Below are positions 37,947 through 47,638 of a stretch of 64,000 nucleotides of DNA, in pieces. Below the pieces are notes generated by a model. The model was not told the origin of the DNA. It saw only the letters and a program-made list of their open reading frames with translations, and did no database searches. Source of the stretch: Minisyncoccota bacterium (GTDB lineage Bacteria > Patescibacteriota > Minisyncoccia > Phycocordibacterales > UBA6065). Position 1 is the first letter of the stretch. Each line of letters opens with the position of its first letter. The DNA lies in contig DASTLR010000008.1 of assembly GCA_035714745.1 (NCBI GenBank), positions 7,394 through 71,393 of the forward strand. The letters run 5' to 3'. A program made the translations under genes and the position numbers.

Positions 37947-38429
37947 TTACGAAACGAACGGAGGCAAAGAGTTCCAAAGAGCAGACCAGCTGTCGCTAGC
38001 GAGAGCTGTGAAGTGCTCCCTGAATTCCAGAGAAAGCGGGCTTGAATCGCCGAGGGGGTCGCCTTTCGCAAGATCGTTGATCCGTAGAACGCACATATGG
38101 CAGAGCGGCAGGTCTTCGAGGCGACCGGAAGCATACAGCATGCAGGCGGCGCGGTAGAGGTCATTGGCGCCGACGATCCAGCCGACCCAGAATTTTTCCT
38201 TTACTAGGTCGGCCCGCCCATAGCGCGCGGCTTTTTCATCTTCGTGGATGTTGTGTCGAATTTCCCAACGCTCGACGGTTTGGGGGCCTTTGCCGGGCTG
38301 TAAGTCGCTTTCACGGCTTAAGCTTGTCAGGTGCCGCTCGAAAAGGACGGCTAGGATTTCGTCAGGTTTGAATGAGGCCATAAGGGGAGGTTCTGGTCCG
38401 TATTCTCCATACATTGAAGACGGGGTCAA
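37947..38429 (-). CDS. Hypothetical protein, weakly supported
   Basis: 160 aa ORF filling the tsaE-polA gap. No motif recognised. Confidence 0.25.
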   Translation of the reverse strand: MTPSSMYGEYGPEPPLMASFKPDEILAVLFERHLTSLSRESDLQPGKGPQTVERWEIRHNIHEDEKAARYGRADLVKEKFWVGWIVGANDLYRAACMLYASGRLEDLPLCHMCVLRINDLAKGDPLGDSSPLSLEFREHFTALASDSWSALWNSLPPFVS

Positions 38430-38469
38430 GGACCATAGCGTTGCTTCAAAAATGAGCTATGCTGTAGCC

Positions 38470-40899
38470 ATGTCCAAACGCCTCATCCTCCTCGACTCTC
38501 ACGCCATCCTCCATCGGGCGTACCACGCCCTGCCTGACTTCGCTACCTCGAAAGGCGAGGCTACGGGCGCTCTCTATGGCCTCTGCACCATGATCCTCTC
38601 GGCCGTGGAGAAGCTCAAGCCTGACTATATCGTGGCGGCCTACGACTTGCCCAAGCCGACCCATCGCCACGAGGCCTACAAGGACTACAAAGCCGGTCGG
38701 GCAAAGACCGACGACGCGCTGGTCCAGCAGATCATCCGCTCGCGCGACATCTTTGCCGCCCTCGGCATCCCTGTCTATGATAAGGAAGGCTTCGAGGCCG
38801 ACGACATCCTGGGCACCATCGTCGAGAAGACCCGTCCTCAGTGGGAGAAGAAAGGCGACCTGGAGGTCATTATCGCTTCAGGGGACATGGATACCCTGCA
38901 GCTGGTCTCGGGCGAGAAGGTGCGCGTCTATACTCTGAAGAAAGGCATCAAGGATACCATCATCTACGACGAGGAGAGCGTGCGCGAGAGGTTCGGCTTT
39001 GGGCCGGAGCTTTTGCCGGACTACAAGGGCCTGCGCGGCGATCCATCGGACAATATCATCGGCATCAAGGGCATCGGCGAAAAGACCGCCACCGCCCTCA
39101 TCACTGCTTTCGGCGGCATCGAGGGCATGTACAAGGCCCTGAAAAAAGACAAGGGATCCTTTGCCAAGAAAGCCGGCCTGACGCCGCGCCTAGTCCAGAT
39201 CATCGAAGAGGGCCAGGAGGACGCGGAATTCTCCAAGGTCCTGGCTACTATCCGCCGCGACGCGCCGATCGACTGGGCCTTGCCGGCCCAGACCTGGCGC
39301 GAGGCCATCGACGTCGAGAGGGCGACCAAGCTCTTTGCCGAGCTGGAGTTCCGCGCTATGGCGACGCGGTTAAAGCACGTCCTGGGAAGGGATGTCTTGG
39401 CAGAAGCCGAACGGAATGACTCTGCGGAGGCTTCCGCAGCGCGACGGCGCGAGGACGAGGGCCTGGTCCATCAGGACCAGAGCCCGTACTCCGCAGAGTC
39501 ATTCCGCGAGGCTGCTGTCATGCTCTGGCTGGTCAAATCCGACATGACCGACCCGTCGCCCCAGGACATCATGGAATTCACCGGCGCCAAGACCTTTGAC
39601 GAGGCGTACCAGACCCTCGCCGCCGAGGTCAAGAAGCGCGGCCTCTCGCGCGTCTGGGAAGAGATCGAGAAGCCGCTTATGCCCATCGTCGACAAGATGA
39701 AGGGGGACGGGGTGAAGATCGACGTCGCGTATCTGGAGAAGCTGGGCGCCGAATACCACAAGGAGCTGGCGACCATCGAGAAGTCTATCCATCGCATGGC
39801 CGGCGTCGAATTTAACATCGCCTCGCCGAAGCAGCTGGGGGAGGTCCTCTTCGTCAAGCTGGGCCTGAAGCCCTCGAGCGGCCGCCAAAAGAAAACGGCC
39901 GGCGGCGCCCTCTCGACCAAGGAGTCTGAGCTCGAAAAGCTGGCGGACGAGCATCCGATCATCGACGAGATCCTCAAATACCGTGAGCTGGCCAAGCTTC
40001 TGGGCACCTATATCGATACTATCCCGACCTATGTAGACGAGAACGACCGCATCCACCCGACCTCCATTCAGGCCGGCGCCGCTACCGGCCGCATGGCCAC
40101 CAAGGACCCGGCCATCCAGAACATCCCGAACCGCACCGACCTGGGCCGCCGCATCCGGAACGCCTTTATCGCCGAGAAGGGTTGGAAGCTGGTCGCCTTT
40201 GATTACTCCCAAATCGAGCTCCGCATCGCCGCCTTCCTTTCACAGGACGAGACGTTCGTCGACATCTTCCGCAGGGGAGAGGACGTCCACGCCGCCGTGG
40301 CGGCCCAGGTCTTTGGCGTGCCGGTCGATTCCGTGACCAAGGCCATGCGCTCCCAGGCAAAGGTCATAAACTTCGGCGTGATGTACGGCATGGGCGTGAC
40401 GGCCTTGCAGAAGAACATGGGCGTCGACCGCAAGGCGGCCCAAAAGTTCTACAACGACTATTTCGAGAGGTTCCACGGCCTGGCCGGCTACCTGGCCGCC
40501 GTAAAGGCCGAGGCCGCGCGCAAGGGCTATACCGAGACCTATTTCGGCCGCCGCCGCTACTTCGAGGGCCTCAGGTCAAGGCTGCCCTTCATCCGCGCCG
40601 CCGCCGAGCGCATGGCCATCAACGCGCCCATCCAGGGCACCGAGGCCGATATCGTCAAGCTGGCCATGGTCAGGATCGACGAGTACATCCGCGCGAAAAA
40701 GCTGGGCGATCAGGCCCGCATCCTCATGCAGGTGCACGACGAGATCGTCATCGAGGCCAAGGACGCCGTGGTACGGAAGATCGTTCCGGACATCAAGGAG
40801 ATCATGGAGGGCATCATCCCGCCCAAGGACATCCAGGGCATCACCATCGTCGCCGAGGCCAAAGCAGGGGAGAATTGGGGGGAGATGGAGAAGGTATAA
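38470..40899 (+). CDS. polA: DNA polymerase I (5'-3' exonuclease plus polymerase domains)
   Basis: MSKRLILLDSHAILHRAYHA is the 5'-nuclease N-terminus. Polymerase motifs A, B (RSQAKVINFGVMYG) and C (QVHDE). The start is chosen at an internal Met; the upstream part of the tracked ORF overlaps the promoter region. Confidence 0.9.
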   Translation: MSKRLILLDSHAILHRAYHALPDFATSKGEATGALYGLCTMILSAVEKLKPDYIVAAYDLPKPTHRHEAYKDYKAGRAKTDDALVQQIIRSRDIFAALGIPVYDKEGFEADDILGTIVEKTRPQWEKKGDLEVIIASGDMDTLQLVSGEKVRVYTLKKGIKDTIIYDEESVRERFGFGPELLPDYKGLRGDPSDNIIGIKGIGEKTATALITAFGGIEGMYKALKKDKGSFAKKAGLTPRLVQIIEEGQEDAEFSKVLATIRRDAPIDWALPAQTWREAIDVERATKLFAELEFRAMATRLKHVLGRDVLAEAERNDSAEASAARRREDEGLVHQDQSPYSAESFREAAVMLWLVKSDMTDPSPQDIMEFTGAKTFDEAYQTLAAEVKKRGLSRVWEEIEKPLMPIVDKMKGDGVKIDVAYLEKLGAEYHKELATIEKSIHRMAGVEFNIASPKQLGEVLFVKLGLKPSSGRQKKTAGGALSTKESELEKLADEHPIIDEILKYRELAKLLGTYIDTIPTYVDENDRIHPTSIQAGAATGRMATKDPAIQNIPNRTDLGRRIRNAFIAEKGWKLVAFDYSQIELRIAAFLSQDETFVDIFRRGEDVHAAVAAQVFGVPVDSVTKAMRSQAKVINFGVMYGMGVTALQKNMGVDRKAAQKFYNDYFERFHGLAGYLAAVKAEAARKGYTETYFGRRRYFEGLRSRLPFIRAAAERMAINAPIQGTEADIVKLAMVRIDEYIRAKKLGDQARILMQVHDEIVIEAKDAVVRKIVPDIKEIMEGIIPPKDIQGITIVAEAKAGENWGEMEKV

Positions 40900-40906
40900 T
40901 CAAGCG

Positions 40907-41626
40907 ATGCTCTACGTCATCCACGGCACCGACATCGAGAAGGCGCGCGAGAAATCGCATGCGCTGTTCGAGGCGCTCCGGGCGAAGAAGCCGGACGCTT
41001 CGGCGGGCATCGTGCGCGGCGAGGAGGTGACGCCGGAAAAGATCGAGGAGTGGACCCAGACGCAGGGATTGTTCGAGAACAAGCAGATCATCTTCCTGGA
41101 TAGGACGCTCGAGAATCCCGACATCCGCGAGGTCATGCTCGACCGGATCGACGCCATCCGGGAATCGCCGAACATCTTCATCTTCTTCGAGGGCAAGCTT
41201 ACGAAGGAAGTCCTGAAAAAGCTGGAGAAGCGCGCCGAAAAGATCACCGAATACGAGGCCGCCGCGGGCGGCACGGCGAAAAAGGATGGCTCATTCTTTG
41301 CCCTGGCCGACGCTCTGGGCTCGCGCGACAAGAGATCTCTCTGGATCCTCCTCCGCGAAGCCCTTGATCAAGACGCCGCGCCCGAGGAGATCCACGGCAT
41401 CCTCTTTTGGCAGGCAAAGTCGCTCGCTCTGGCGGCACGCTGCGCCTCGGCGGGCGAGGCCGGCCTCAATCCCTTTGTCTATGGCAAAGCCAAGCGCTTC
41501 GTCTCGAACTTCAAGCCGGGAGAGGTCGACGCCCTCCTTACGAAGCTCGTTTCCATGTATCATCGCGCCCATCGCGGCCAGGCGGATTTCGCCGTGGAGC
41601 TGGAGAAGCTGGCGCTCGATATCTAG
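40907..41626 (+). CDS. Putative DNA polymerase III delta subunit (HolA-like, short form)
   Basis: Position downstream of polA and a weak resemblance to the HolA N-terminus and helical domains. Uncertain. Confidence 0.4.
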   Translation: MLYVIHGTDIEKAREKSHALFEALRAKKPDASAGIVRGEEVTPEKIEEWTQTQGLFENKQIIFLDRTLENPDIREVMLDRIDAIRESPNIFIFFEGKLTKEVLKKLEKRAEKITEYEAAAGGTAKKDGSFFALADALGSRDKRSLWILLREALDQDAAPEEIHGILFWQAKSLALAARCASAGEAGLNPFVYGKAKRFVSNFKPGEVDALLTKLVSMYHRAHRGQADFAVELEKLALDI

Positions 41627-41697
41627 CGGCCGCTCCGCGCCTTTTGGAGCAAGAAAAAGCCCCGCGCGATGCGGGGCCGGTAGTTCGACTCTCTTGG

Positions 41698-42168
41698 CTA
41701 GCCGTTGGCAAAGGCCGGGTCGAAAGCCGCGAAGCGCGACTTGGGCGCCGGGGCGAATCGCGGAGCGGCGGGACGGGGATAGTTCGCGGCGGTCCTCGGG
41801 AGGATCCTCCGGAAACCCCATTCTTCGATCGAGAACAGAAAATCGGTGACAGGTTCGCAGATGATCCGCTCGTTCCCGTCGGCGCCGACGATGCGGCCCT
41901 TGGCGACGCAGATACCGCCCGAGGCGACGGTGCGCTTTCGGGTGCTGCGCTCGCTCTGGGGGATGGCGTCCAGGAGGCTCCGTGACAGGGGGAATTTCTT
42001 GGAAGGATCGTCGACGTGGCAGGCCACGAGGATGTTTCCCGAGATCGCTTGTCCGCTTTCAGTGCAGCTGGTCATGGTGTGTGCTTCGAAGAGCTCGCGA
42101 TAGACCCTCGCGCAGGGTATGTTCCGTGGATGTACGGAGCAACCCGTATAGACTAGCTCCGAGGCCAT
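41698..42168 (-). CDS. Hypothetical Cys-rich protein
   Basis: 156 aa ORF followed by its own rho-independent terminator on the minus strand (41654-41677). Confidence 0.35.
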   Translation of the reverse strand: MASELVYTGCSVHPRNIPCARVYRELFEAHTMTSCTESGQAISGNILVACHVDDPSKKFPLSRSLLDAIPQSERSTRKRTVASGGICVAKGRIVGADGNERIICEPVTDFLFSIEEWGFRRILPRTAANYPRPAAPRFAPAPKSRFAAFDPAFANG

Positions 42169-42243
42169 AGAAAGTCAAAGCGCCATGGAAATTCTGCGGT
42201 TCTGTGGTACTATCGCGATACGACGGCGGCCGTACGGCCATAC

Positions 42244-42316
42244 CCGCCCATAGCTCAGTCGGTAGAGCAGCTCCCTTTTAAGGAGAGGGTCCCAGGTTCG
42301 ATTCCTGGTGGGCGGA
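42244..42316 (+). tRNA. tRNA-Lys (anticodon UUU)
   Basis: Cloverleaf folded by hand: acceptor CCGCCCA/TGGGCGG, D arm GCTC-AGTCGGTA-GAGC, anticodon loop CUUUUAA, T loop TTCGATT. No encoded CCA. Confidence 0.8.
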
Positions 42317-42329
42317 CTAAGTGTTCCCT

Positions 42330-42803
42330 ATGAAGCGCCAGATCTGCATCCTCCTCCACGATATCCGCTCGGTCTACAACGTCGGGGCGATCTTTCGCAC
42401 CGCGGATGCGGTCGGCGTCTCAAAGATCTATCTGACGGGCTATTCGCCGACGCCTCTGGATCGCTTTGGCCAGCCGCGCTCTGATTTCGCCAAATGCGCC
42501 CTGGGCGCCGAGCGCTCTGTGCCGTGGGAATACGCCAAGACTCCGGACGATATCGTCGCAAGGCTCAAGGCCGATGGTTTTTCGCTCCTCTGCGTCGAAC
42601 AGGCTCCGCGATCGGTCGATTATAAAAAAGCGGAGCCGCCGGCCCGCTCGCTCGTGGTCTTTGGCAATGAGGTCGCAGGAATATCGAAAGAGTTGCTCGA
42701 GATCTGCGACGTCGTGGCCGAGATCCCTATGCGCGGCGAAAAGGAGTCGCTGAACGTCTCGGTCTCCGCCGGTATCGTCCTCTTTCGCTGGTTCGACAGA
42801 TAG
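42330..42803 (+). CDS. trmH: SpoU/TrmH-family RNA 2'-O-methyltransferase
   Basis: ILLHDIRSVYNVGAIFRTADAVGV...VFGNEVAGIS...ESLNVSVSAGIVLF matches the SPOUT motifs. Confidence 0.75.
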   Translation: MKRQICILLHDIRSVYNVGAIFRTADAVGVSKIYLTGYSPTPLDRFGQPRSDFAKCALGAERSVPWEYAKTPDDIVARLKADGFSLLCVEQAPRSVDYKKAEPPARSLVVFGNEVAGISKELLEICDVVAEIPMRGEKESLNVSVSAGIVLFRWFDR

Positions 42804-42812
42804 GCGTCCGCG

Positions 42813-43631
42813 CTAGTATGTCAGGGCGTCGACGACCTTGCCTTTGGCGTCGACGAGCTTGATGATGTCGCTCGAATCGCCCCACAGCTCGACGGTCTGG
42901 CCCAGGAATATCCTCCATTCGTTCGTGTAGAAGCCCGATTCTTCGCCGTGGCGGGCGGCGCACTCTTTGTAGGTCATCGTTCCCGAATACGCCGATTTGC
43001 GGAGGGCGGGGACGAGACGAGACGCGCCCGACAGATAGCTGCTGCAGGCGTCGACGCGGAAGTTGCCGCCCACAGGAGAGACGCCGGTCGAGACGACGAC
43101 GCGGTCTCCGGGAGCGAGCCAGATGTCCTGCTTGGCCGCCGACTGGGGCAGGGGAATAGTGCCGTCGAAATAGCCGCCTTCCAGGGTCAGGCCGGATATC
43201 TTGATAGGCGTGCTCGCTAGGCCGCTCGCCACTAGGCGCAGGTATTCGGCGTTCGGGTCCTTGGCCCGCGCTCCGGCCACGCCGTCGAACGACAGGCTGT
43301 GAGTCAGGACGGAGGTGGCGTGGATGCGCTCGGCCTCTTTCGATTTGGCGAAGAAGTTCTCGATGGCGGTCTCGGCGTGCCTGATGACTTCGGCAGGCGC
43401 GTCGGGCAGGTTGAGGGTCGCTTTTGCCGCGCTTGGCGCTCCGGCGTAGTAGCGGCCGTAGACCTCGCCGGTGTCGACCGGGGCCAGGGGCTTGATGTAC
43501 GCCCCTTCGTGAGCGCTCTGCCTATCGGCTCCGCCGTTCCAGAACCAGATGATGCCGATGACAGCCAGCCCGCCCAGGAGCCAGCCAAATTCTTCCCACA
43601 GCTTTGAAAAGAGGCCTTTGATGATATCCAT
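42813..43631 (-). CDS. Hypothetical membrane-anchored protein (start at the internal MDIIKGLF)
   Basis: TM helix WLLGGLAVIGIIWFW followed by an extracytoplasmic domain. The upstream Ala/Pro-rich extension of the tracked ORF is judged spurious. Confidence 0.45.
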   Translation of the reverse strand: MDIIKGLFSKLWEEFGWLLGGLAVIGIIWFWNGGADRQSAHEGAYIKPLAPVDTGEVYGRYYAGAPSAAKATLNLPDAPAEVIRHAETAIENFFAKSKEAERIHATSVLTHSLSFDGVAGARAKDPNAEYLRLVASGLASTPIKISGLTLEGGYFDGTIPLPQSAAKQDIWLAPGDRVVVSTGVSPVGGNFRVDACSSYLSGASRLVPALRKSAYSGTMTYKECAARHGEESGFYTNEWRIFLGQTVELWGDSSDIIKLVDAKGKVVDALTY

Positions 43632-43635
43632 GCCG

Positions 43636-44550
43636 CTAAGTATAGAGCTTCTGGTGGCCATCGCAATAATGTCCGCTCCTGCCGCCGACGACCAGGCGGC
43701 GGATGGTGCCGTGGCAGCCGCGCCGGCCGCAGGGCTCGCCGGTCCGGCGGTAGGCGTTATGACGGCCCTGAAAGGCGCCGCGCTCGCCATGGATGTTGCG
43801 ATAGTCTGACATCGAGTCTCCGCCGAAGTCGATGCCGCTCGCGAGCGTCTCGCGCATGGCAGAGAACATCAGAGGGAGCTTCGCGGCAGGGATGGCCCGC
43901 ACGATCGAGAGGGGATGGACGCCCGCGCGCCAAAGGATCTCGTCCGAATAGATGTTGCCGATGCCCGAGACCGTCTGGTGGTCCATGAGCACAGTCTTTA
44001 TCGGGCCCTCCGGTCGGGCAAGCAGGGCGGATTTGAAATCGGCTACAGTAAAATCCGGGTCGAGAGGCTCGGGTCCGTGCTCGGAAAGGTGGACCGATTG
44101 GGACATAGAGGCTGTCTCTACCAGGGTGACCTTGGCGAATTTGCGCATATCGCAGAGGGCCAGGCTGTAGCCGTTGGTGAAATTCAGGATGAAATGGACG
44201 AAGCGATTGAAGGGGTCGTCTCTCAATGGTCCCGGATCGGTCGCGACCCATGCTTTGCTTTTCTGCACGTACCTGCCGTACATGACGTGCCCCGTCATCT
44301 TCATATGGATGAGGATAGTCTTGCCATTCGACAGATGGATTAGCACGTTCTTGCCGCGGCGCGAGGTGTCGGCGATGATCGCTCCACGCACGGCTTTTCG
44401 GAAGCGGGCAAAGAACGCTGGGTCGGCGATGTTGTCCTTGCCGACGTGGAAGGCACTGCCATAGTCAGTCCAAGCGTCCTTGATGGTCAGGCCCAGGGCC
44501 AGCTTTTTGATGCCATTGACCGTCGTCTGTACTTCAGGCAGTTCGGGCAT
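43636..44550 (-). CDS. mutM: Formamidopyrimidine-DNA glycosylase (Fpg/Nei family)
   Basis: MPELPEVQT N-terminus, an H2TH domain and a C-terminal CxxC zinc finger. Confidence 0.85.
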   Translation of the reverse strand: MPELPEVQTTVNGIKKLALGLTIKDAWTDYGSAFHVGKDNIADPAFFARFRKAVRGAIIADTSRRGKNVLIHLSNGKTILIHMKMTGHVMYGRYVQKSKAWVATDPGPLRDDPFNRFVHFILNFTNGYSLALCDMRKFAKVTLVETASMSQSVHLSEHGPEPLDPDFTVADFKSALLARPEGPIKTVLMDHQTVSGIGNIYSDEILWRAGVHPLSIVRAIPAAKLPLMFSAMRETLASGIDFGGDSMSDYRNIHGERGAFQGRHNAYRRTGEPCGRRGCHGTIRRLVVGGRSGHYCDGHQKLYT

Positions 44551-44584
44551 ATGGCAAAGGCTATCGCACCTTGGCCTTATTTAC

Positions 44585-44610
44585 AAAAAAAAGAGCGCGC
44601 GGGCGCTCTT
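44585..44610 (-). terminator. Rho-independent terminator ending the Mur ligase / small-ORF transcript
   Basis: The minus strand reads AAGAGCGCccgcGCGCTCTT followed by TTTTTTTT. Confidence 0.6.
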
Positions 44611-44627
44611 GTCGAGATGGTCGGCGG

Positions 44628-44822
44628 CTAGTGCCGCGAACGATATATCATGACGGCGACCGCCGCCGCAAAGGCGAGGGCCGCGATGAGGACGAGATAT
44701 CCCTTGCGGAAGACGGCGATGATGTCGCCCATGCCTTCGTCTGATTCGGCGTCTCGGCCGAGATGATCCTGTTCGAAATGGTCGTGGAGGGGCATTCGGG
44801 GAGGGGTGAGGGTCTGCGCCAA
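44628..44822 (-). CDS. Hypothetical small membrane protein
   Basis: 64 aa with a C-terminal TM helix, 14 nt downstream of the Mur ligase gene. Confidence 0.25.
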   Translation of the reverse strand: MAQTLTPPRMPLHDHFEQDHLGRDAESDEGMGDIIAVFRKGYLVLIAALAFAAAVAVMIYRSRH

Positions 44823-44835
44823 GACTACTCCCGCT

Positions 44836-46104
44836 TCACCGCTTCGTCAATTTCTCCAACTCCTCGCGCGCGACTGCGGCGTCGCTCCAAGGGACCTTGG
44901 TGTTCTTTGGCCCCATGATGTAGGGATCGGTGCCCTTGCCGGTGATGAGCACGGCGTCGCCTGGGCGGGCCATGCGCAGGGCGGTATGGATGGCCTCGCG
45001 GCGGTCCATGACGAGGTAGGGGGTCTTTGTGGTGATGGCGCTGGCCATGTCCGCGACGATCTTCATTGGGTCGTCGTCGTAGGGGTCCTCGTTGGTCAGG
45101 ATGATCTCGTCGCAGTCGCGCTCGGCGATGCGGGCCATCTCGTCGCGCTTCCAGACGTCGCGGCCGCCGCCTGTATTGCCCAAGACGCAGATGCGGCGCG
45201 AGCCCCGGTAGACTTTGTAAAGCTTTTCGAGCGAGTCCGGCGTGTGGGCATAGTCGACAACGACTGTGAAGTCCTGACCGGCGTCCACCTTCTCCACTCT
45301 GCCGCGGATTCCTGCCAGCTTCTCGATGGCCCGCTTGCAGGCCTCGAGCGTCACGCCGAGCTCCTGGGCCATATAGATCGCCGCTAGCTCGTTCAGTATA
45401 TTGAATTCGCCCGAGAGGTTCGAATGGATTTTCGTTCCATGCACGGTCATGTCGAAGCCCTCCTTGTGGAGCTCGTAGGGCTGGGCGTCGGCCAGGGAGT
45501 AGCCGATGCGCAGGTCGAAGTCCTTGGCCATGAAGCGAGGCGTTTCCTTGTCCTCTGCGTTCGCCACCAGGATGCGCTCAGGCTTGCGGGAGCGCGAGAC
45601 GGCCTCGGCGATGGCGAGCTTGGCCTGTACGTAGCTCTCGTACGAGCCGTGCGCCTCGATGTGCTCGGGGGCCAGGTTGGTAAAGATCAAGCCATCGAAG
45701 TCGATGAACCTATGGCGGTGCAGGGCTGCTCCCTGGGAAGTGACCTCGACGACGGCATGGCTGCAGCCCGCGTTGACGGCCCGGCGCAGGAAGCGCTGGA
45801 GGAACATGCGCCCCGGCATGGACATCTTGAAGAGGTTCTCCTCGCTCCTCTCGCCGACCTTGAAGCGGATGGTGTTCGAGAGGGCGGTCTTGTACCCGGC
45901 CTCTTCGAGGATGGCGTTCAGGATCTCGGTGACGGACGACTTGCCCTTGGTGCCCGTGACGGCGATGACGGTCAGGCGCCGCGAAGGGAAGCGATATGCC
46001 AGAGCGGCAACGAGCGCCATGGAATAGTGATAGAACGGCTGGGCCCAGGCAAAGACCTTTCGTGGTATGAGGGCGCGGACGCGGTAGAGGATGGAGTCGA
46101 GCAT
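44836..46104 (-). CDS. murE: Mur ligase family protein, MurE-like (UDP-MurNAc-tripeptide synthetase)
   Basis: P-loop TGTKGKSS, a Mur ligase central domain and a MurE-like C-terminus (ITGKGTDPYIMGPK...WSD..VARE). The short N-terminus leaves MurE versus another Mur ligase unresolved. Confidence 0.6.
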   Translation of the reverse strand: MLDSILYRVRALIPRKVFAWAQPFYHYSMALVAALAYRFPSRRLTVIAVTGTKGKSSVTEILNAILEEAGYKTALSNTIRFKVGERSEENLFKMSMPGRMFLQRFLRRAVNAGCSHAVVEVTSQGAALHRHRFIDFDGLIFTNLAPEHIEAHGSYESYVQAKLAIAEAVSRSRKPERILVANAEDKETPRFMAKDFDLRIGYSLADAQPYELHKEGFDMTVHGTKIHSNLSGEFNILNELAAIYMAQELGVTLEACKRAIEKLAGIRGRVEKVDAGQDFTVVVDYAHTPDSLEKLYKVYRGSRRICVLGNTGGGRDVWKRDEMARIAERDCDEIILTNEDPYDDDPMKIVADMASAITTKTPYLVMDRREAIHTALRMARPGDAVLITGKGTDPYIMGPKNTKVPWSDAAVAREELEKLTKR

Positions 46105-46107
46105 GGT

Positions 46108-46674
46108 TTATTTGCCTAGGATCTTGAGGGCTTTCTTGACTCTCTCGCCAGTGTCGGTGATGGATTGATCAACTGATTTGAGGGCTTCGCGAGCCTCGGC
46201 GTGCTTGAAGCCCAGGGCTTTAAGGGCCTCTAGGGCGTCGACTTCGTCGCGGAGCGAGATGCCGTCGCTCTCTTCGCCGCCGAACTTGCCCTTGAGCTCA
46301 AGGACGATCTTGTCGGCGAGCTTCTTGCCCACGCCGGAGACCTTGGTCAGGTGAGAGGTGTCGCCGGTCGAGACGGCCTTGCGGATGTTCGCCACCGACG
46401 AGACGTTCAGGATGCCCAGGGCGGTCTTTGGCCCGATGCCCGAGACCGAGATGAGGAGCTCGAAGAAGCCGAGCTCGTCCTTTGTAGGGAAGCCGAAAAG
46501 GGTGTGGGCGTCCTCGCGCACGGCCAGGTGGGTCCAGAGGGATATCTCGCGGCCCTCGCGCGCCTGTTCGGCTGTCGCCGCTGTGACGAAGGCCTTGTAG
46601 CCGACGCCGGCCACGTCCACGACCAGGGCGCGCTCCTCCTTGTCTATGATGGTGCCTTTTATATGGGTGATCAC
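46108..46674 (-). CDS. ruvA: Holliday junction DNA helicase RuvA
   Basis: ITHIKGTIIDKEERALVVDVAGVGY, an HhH domain (SGIGPKTALGIL) and a C-terminal domain III. Probable GTG start within the tracked ORF. Confidence 0.85.
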   Translation of the reverse strand: MITHIKGTIIDKEERALVVDVAGVGYKAFVTAATAEQAREGREISLWTHLAVREDAHTLFGFPTKDELGFFELLISVSGIGPKTALGILNVSSVANIRKAVSTGDTSHLTKVSGVGKKLADKIVLELKGKFGGEESDGISLRDEVDALEALKALGFKHAEAREALKSVDQSITDTGERVKKALKILGK

Positions 46675-47115
46675 GCGCCCAGTATAGCAAATACCACGCA
46701 AAATACCGTCCGGAGACGGTATTTCGGGCCTGCTTCAGCTTCGATGCTGTACGGGGGCTTTCGCTCCACAGGTCTAGCAAGTATAGGGCGTCGGCAGGGC
46801 TTGAGTCGATATGAAATAAGTTATTGAATTTTCTTTATCATTTCTTTATCGCTGATTTCCTAGATTCGCCATCCTATCTATACTGGGAGGGGACGTAGAA
46901 GGAGTAGAGGCGGCATGATAAGGAGGTTCAGACTCCTGCCGCTTGCCGTGGTAATCGTTCAAAGAGTCGAGCATATTTCAGAATATTCCCACAGAGGCGA
47001 CGATGAATATTGGCCTTTGGTCCGGCAGAACGTGACGGTCGTTCTGAGACGTGTCGGCAACGGCGCCACACATTTCTATAGCGTCATGGATTAGCGCGCG
47101 GTTCAGGCCCTAAAC

Positions 47116-47144
47116 TTGCATTTAGAGCGCTCTGCTGGTAGAGT
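47116..47144 (+). promoter_or_regulatory. Putative rpsT promoter (TTGCAT, 17 nt spacer, TAGAGT)
   Basis: Sequence elements sit 12 nt upstream of the rpsT ATG. Confidence 0.4.
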
Positions 47145-47155
47145 AACCGCCACAT

Positions 47156-47419
47156 ATGGCAATCACATCTTCAGCGAAAAAGGCGCTCAGGGCTTCGAAA
47201 AAGAAGCGCGTCTTCAATATCAGGCACCGCGACGCCGTCTCTGATGTCGTCAAAGAAATCAAGAAGCTGGTGGCGGCAGGCAACAAGGGCGAGGCCATGA
47301 AGCTCCTCCCAAAGGCCTACGCAGAGCTCGACAAGGCGGCAAAGACCAATTACCTGAAAGCCAACACGGCATCCCGCAAGAAATCCCGCCTCTCGGCCCT
47401 GATCAGGAAGGCGAAATAA
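47156..47419 (+). CDS. rpsT: 30S ribosomal protein S20
   Basis: MAITSSAKKALRASKKKRVFNIRH, the S20 signature. Confidence 0.9.
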   Translation: MAITSSAKKALRASKKKRVFNIRHRDAVSDVVKEIKKLVAAGNKGEAMKLLPKAYAELDKAAKTNYLKANTASRKKSRLSALIRKAK

Positions 47420-47446
47420 GAAAGCAAGAAAGCGGATCAAGGCAAG

Positions 47447-47480
47447 AAAAATCCCCGGCTCTCCGGGGATTTCTCTATTC
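47447..47480 (+). terminator. Rho-independent terminator after rpsT
   Basis: The stem ATCCCCGG, loop ctct, stem CCGGGGAT is followed by a TTCTCTATTC run. Confidence 0.6.
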
Positions 47481-47638
47481 AGGAATCGACCCTTACAGGG
47501 TCAGTGTCCTGTTTGGATTTTCTTTTCGCTCGGAGAGCTCAAGAAAATCTCAAACAGGCTTCTATTCCTGCACGGACGCCCGCTGGGCGTCCTCTTGAGC
47601 ACCATATGAAAAGATCCCTTGTGAGGGACCTTTTCATA

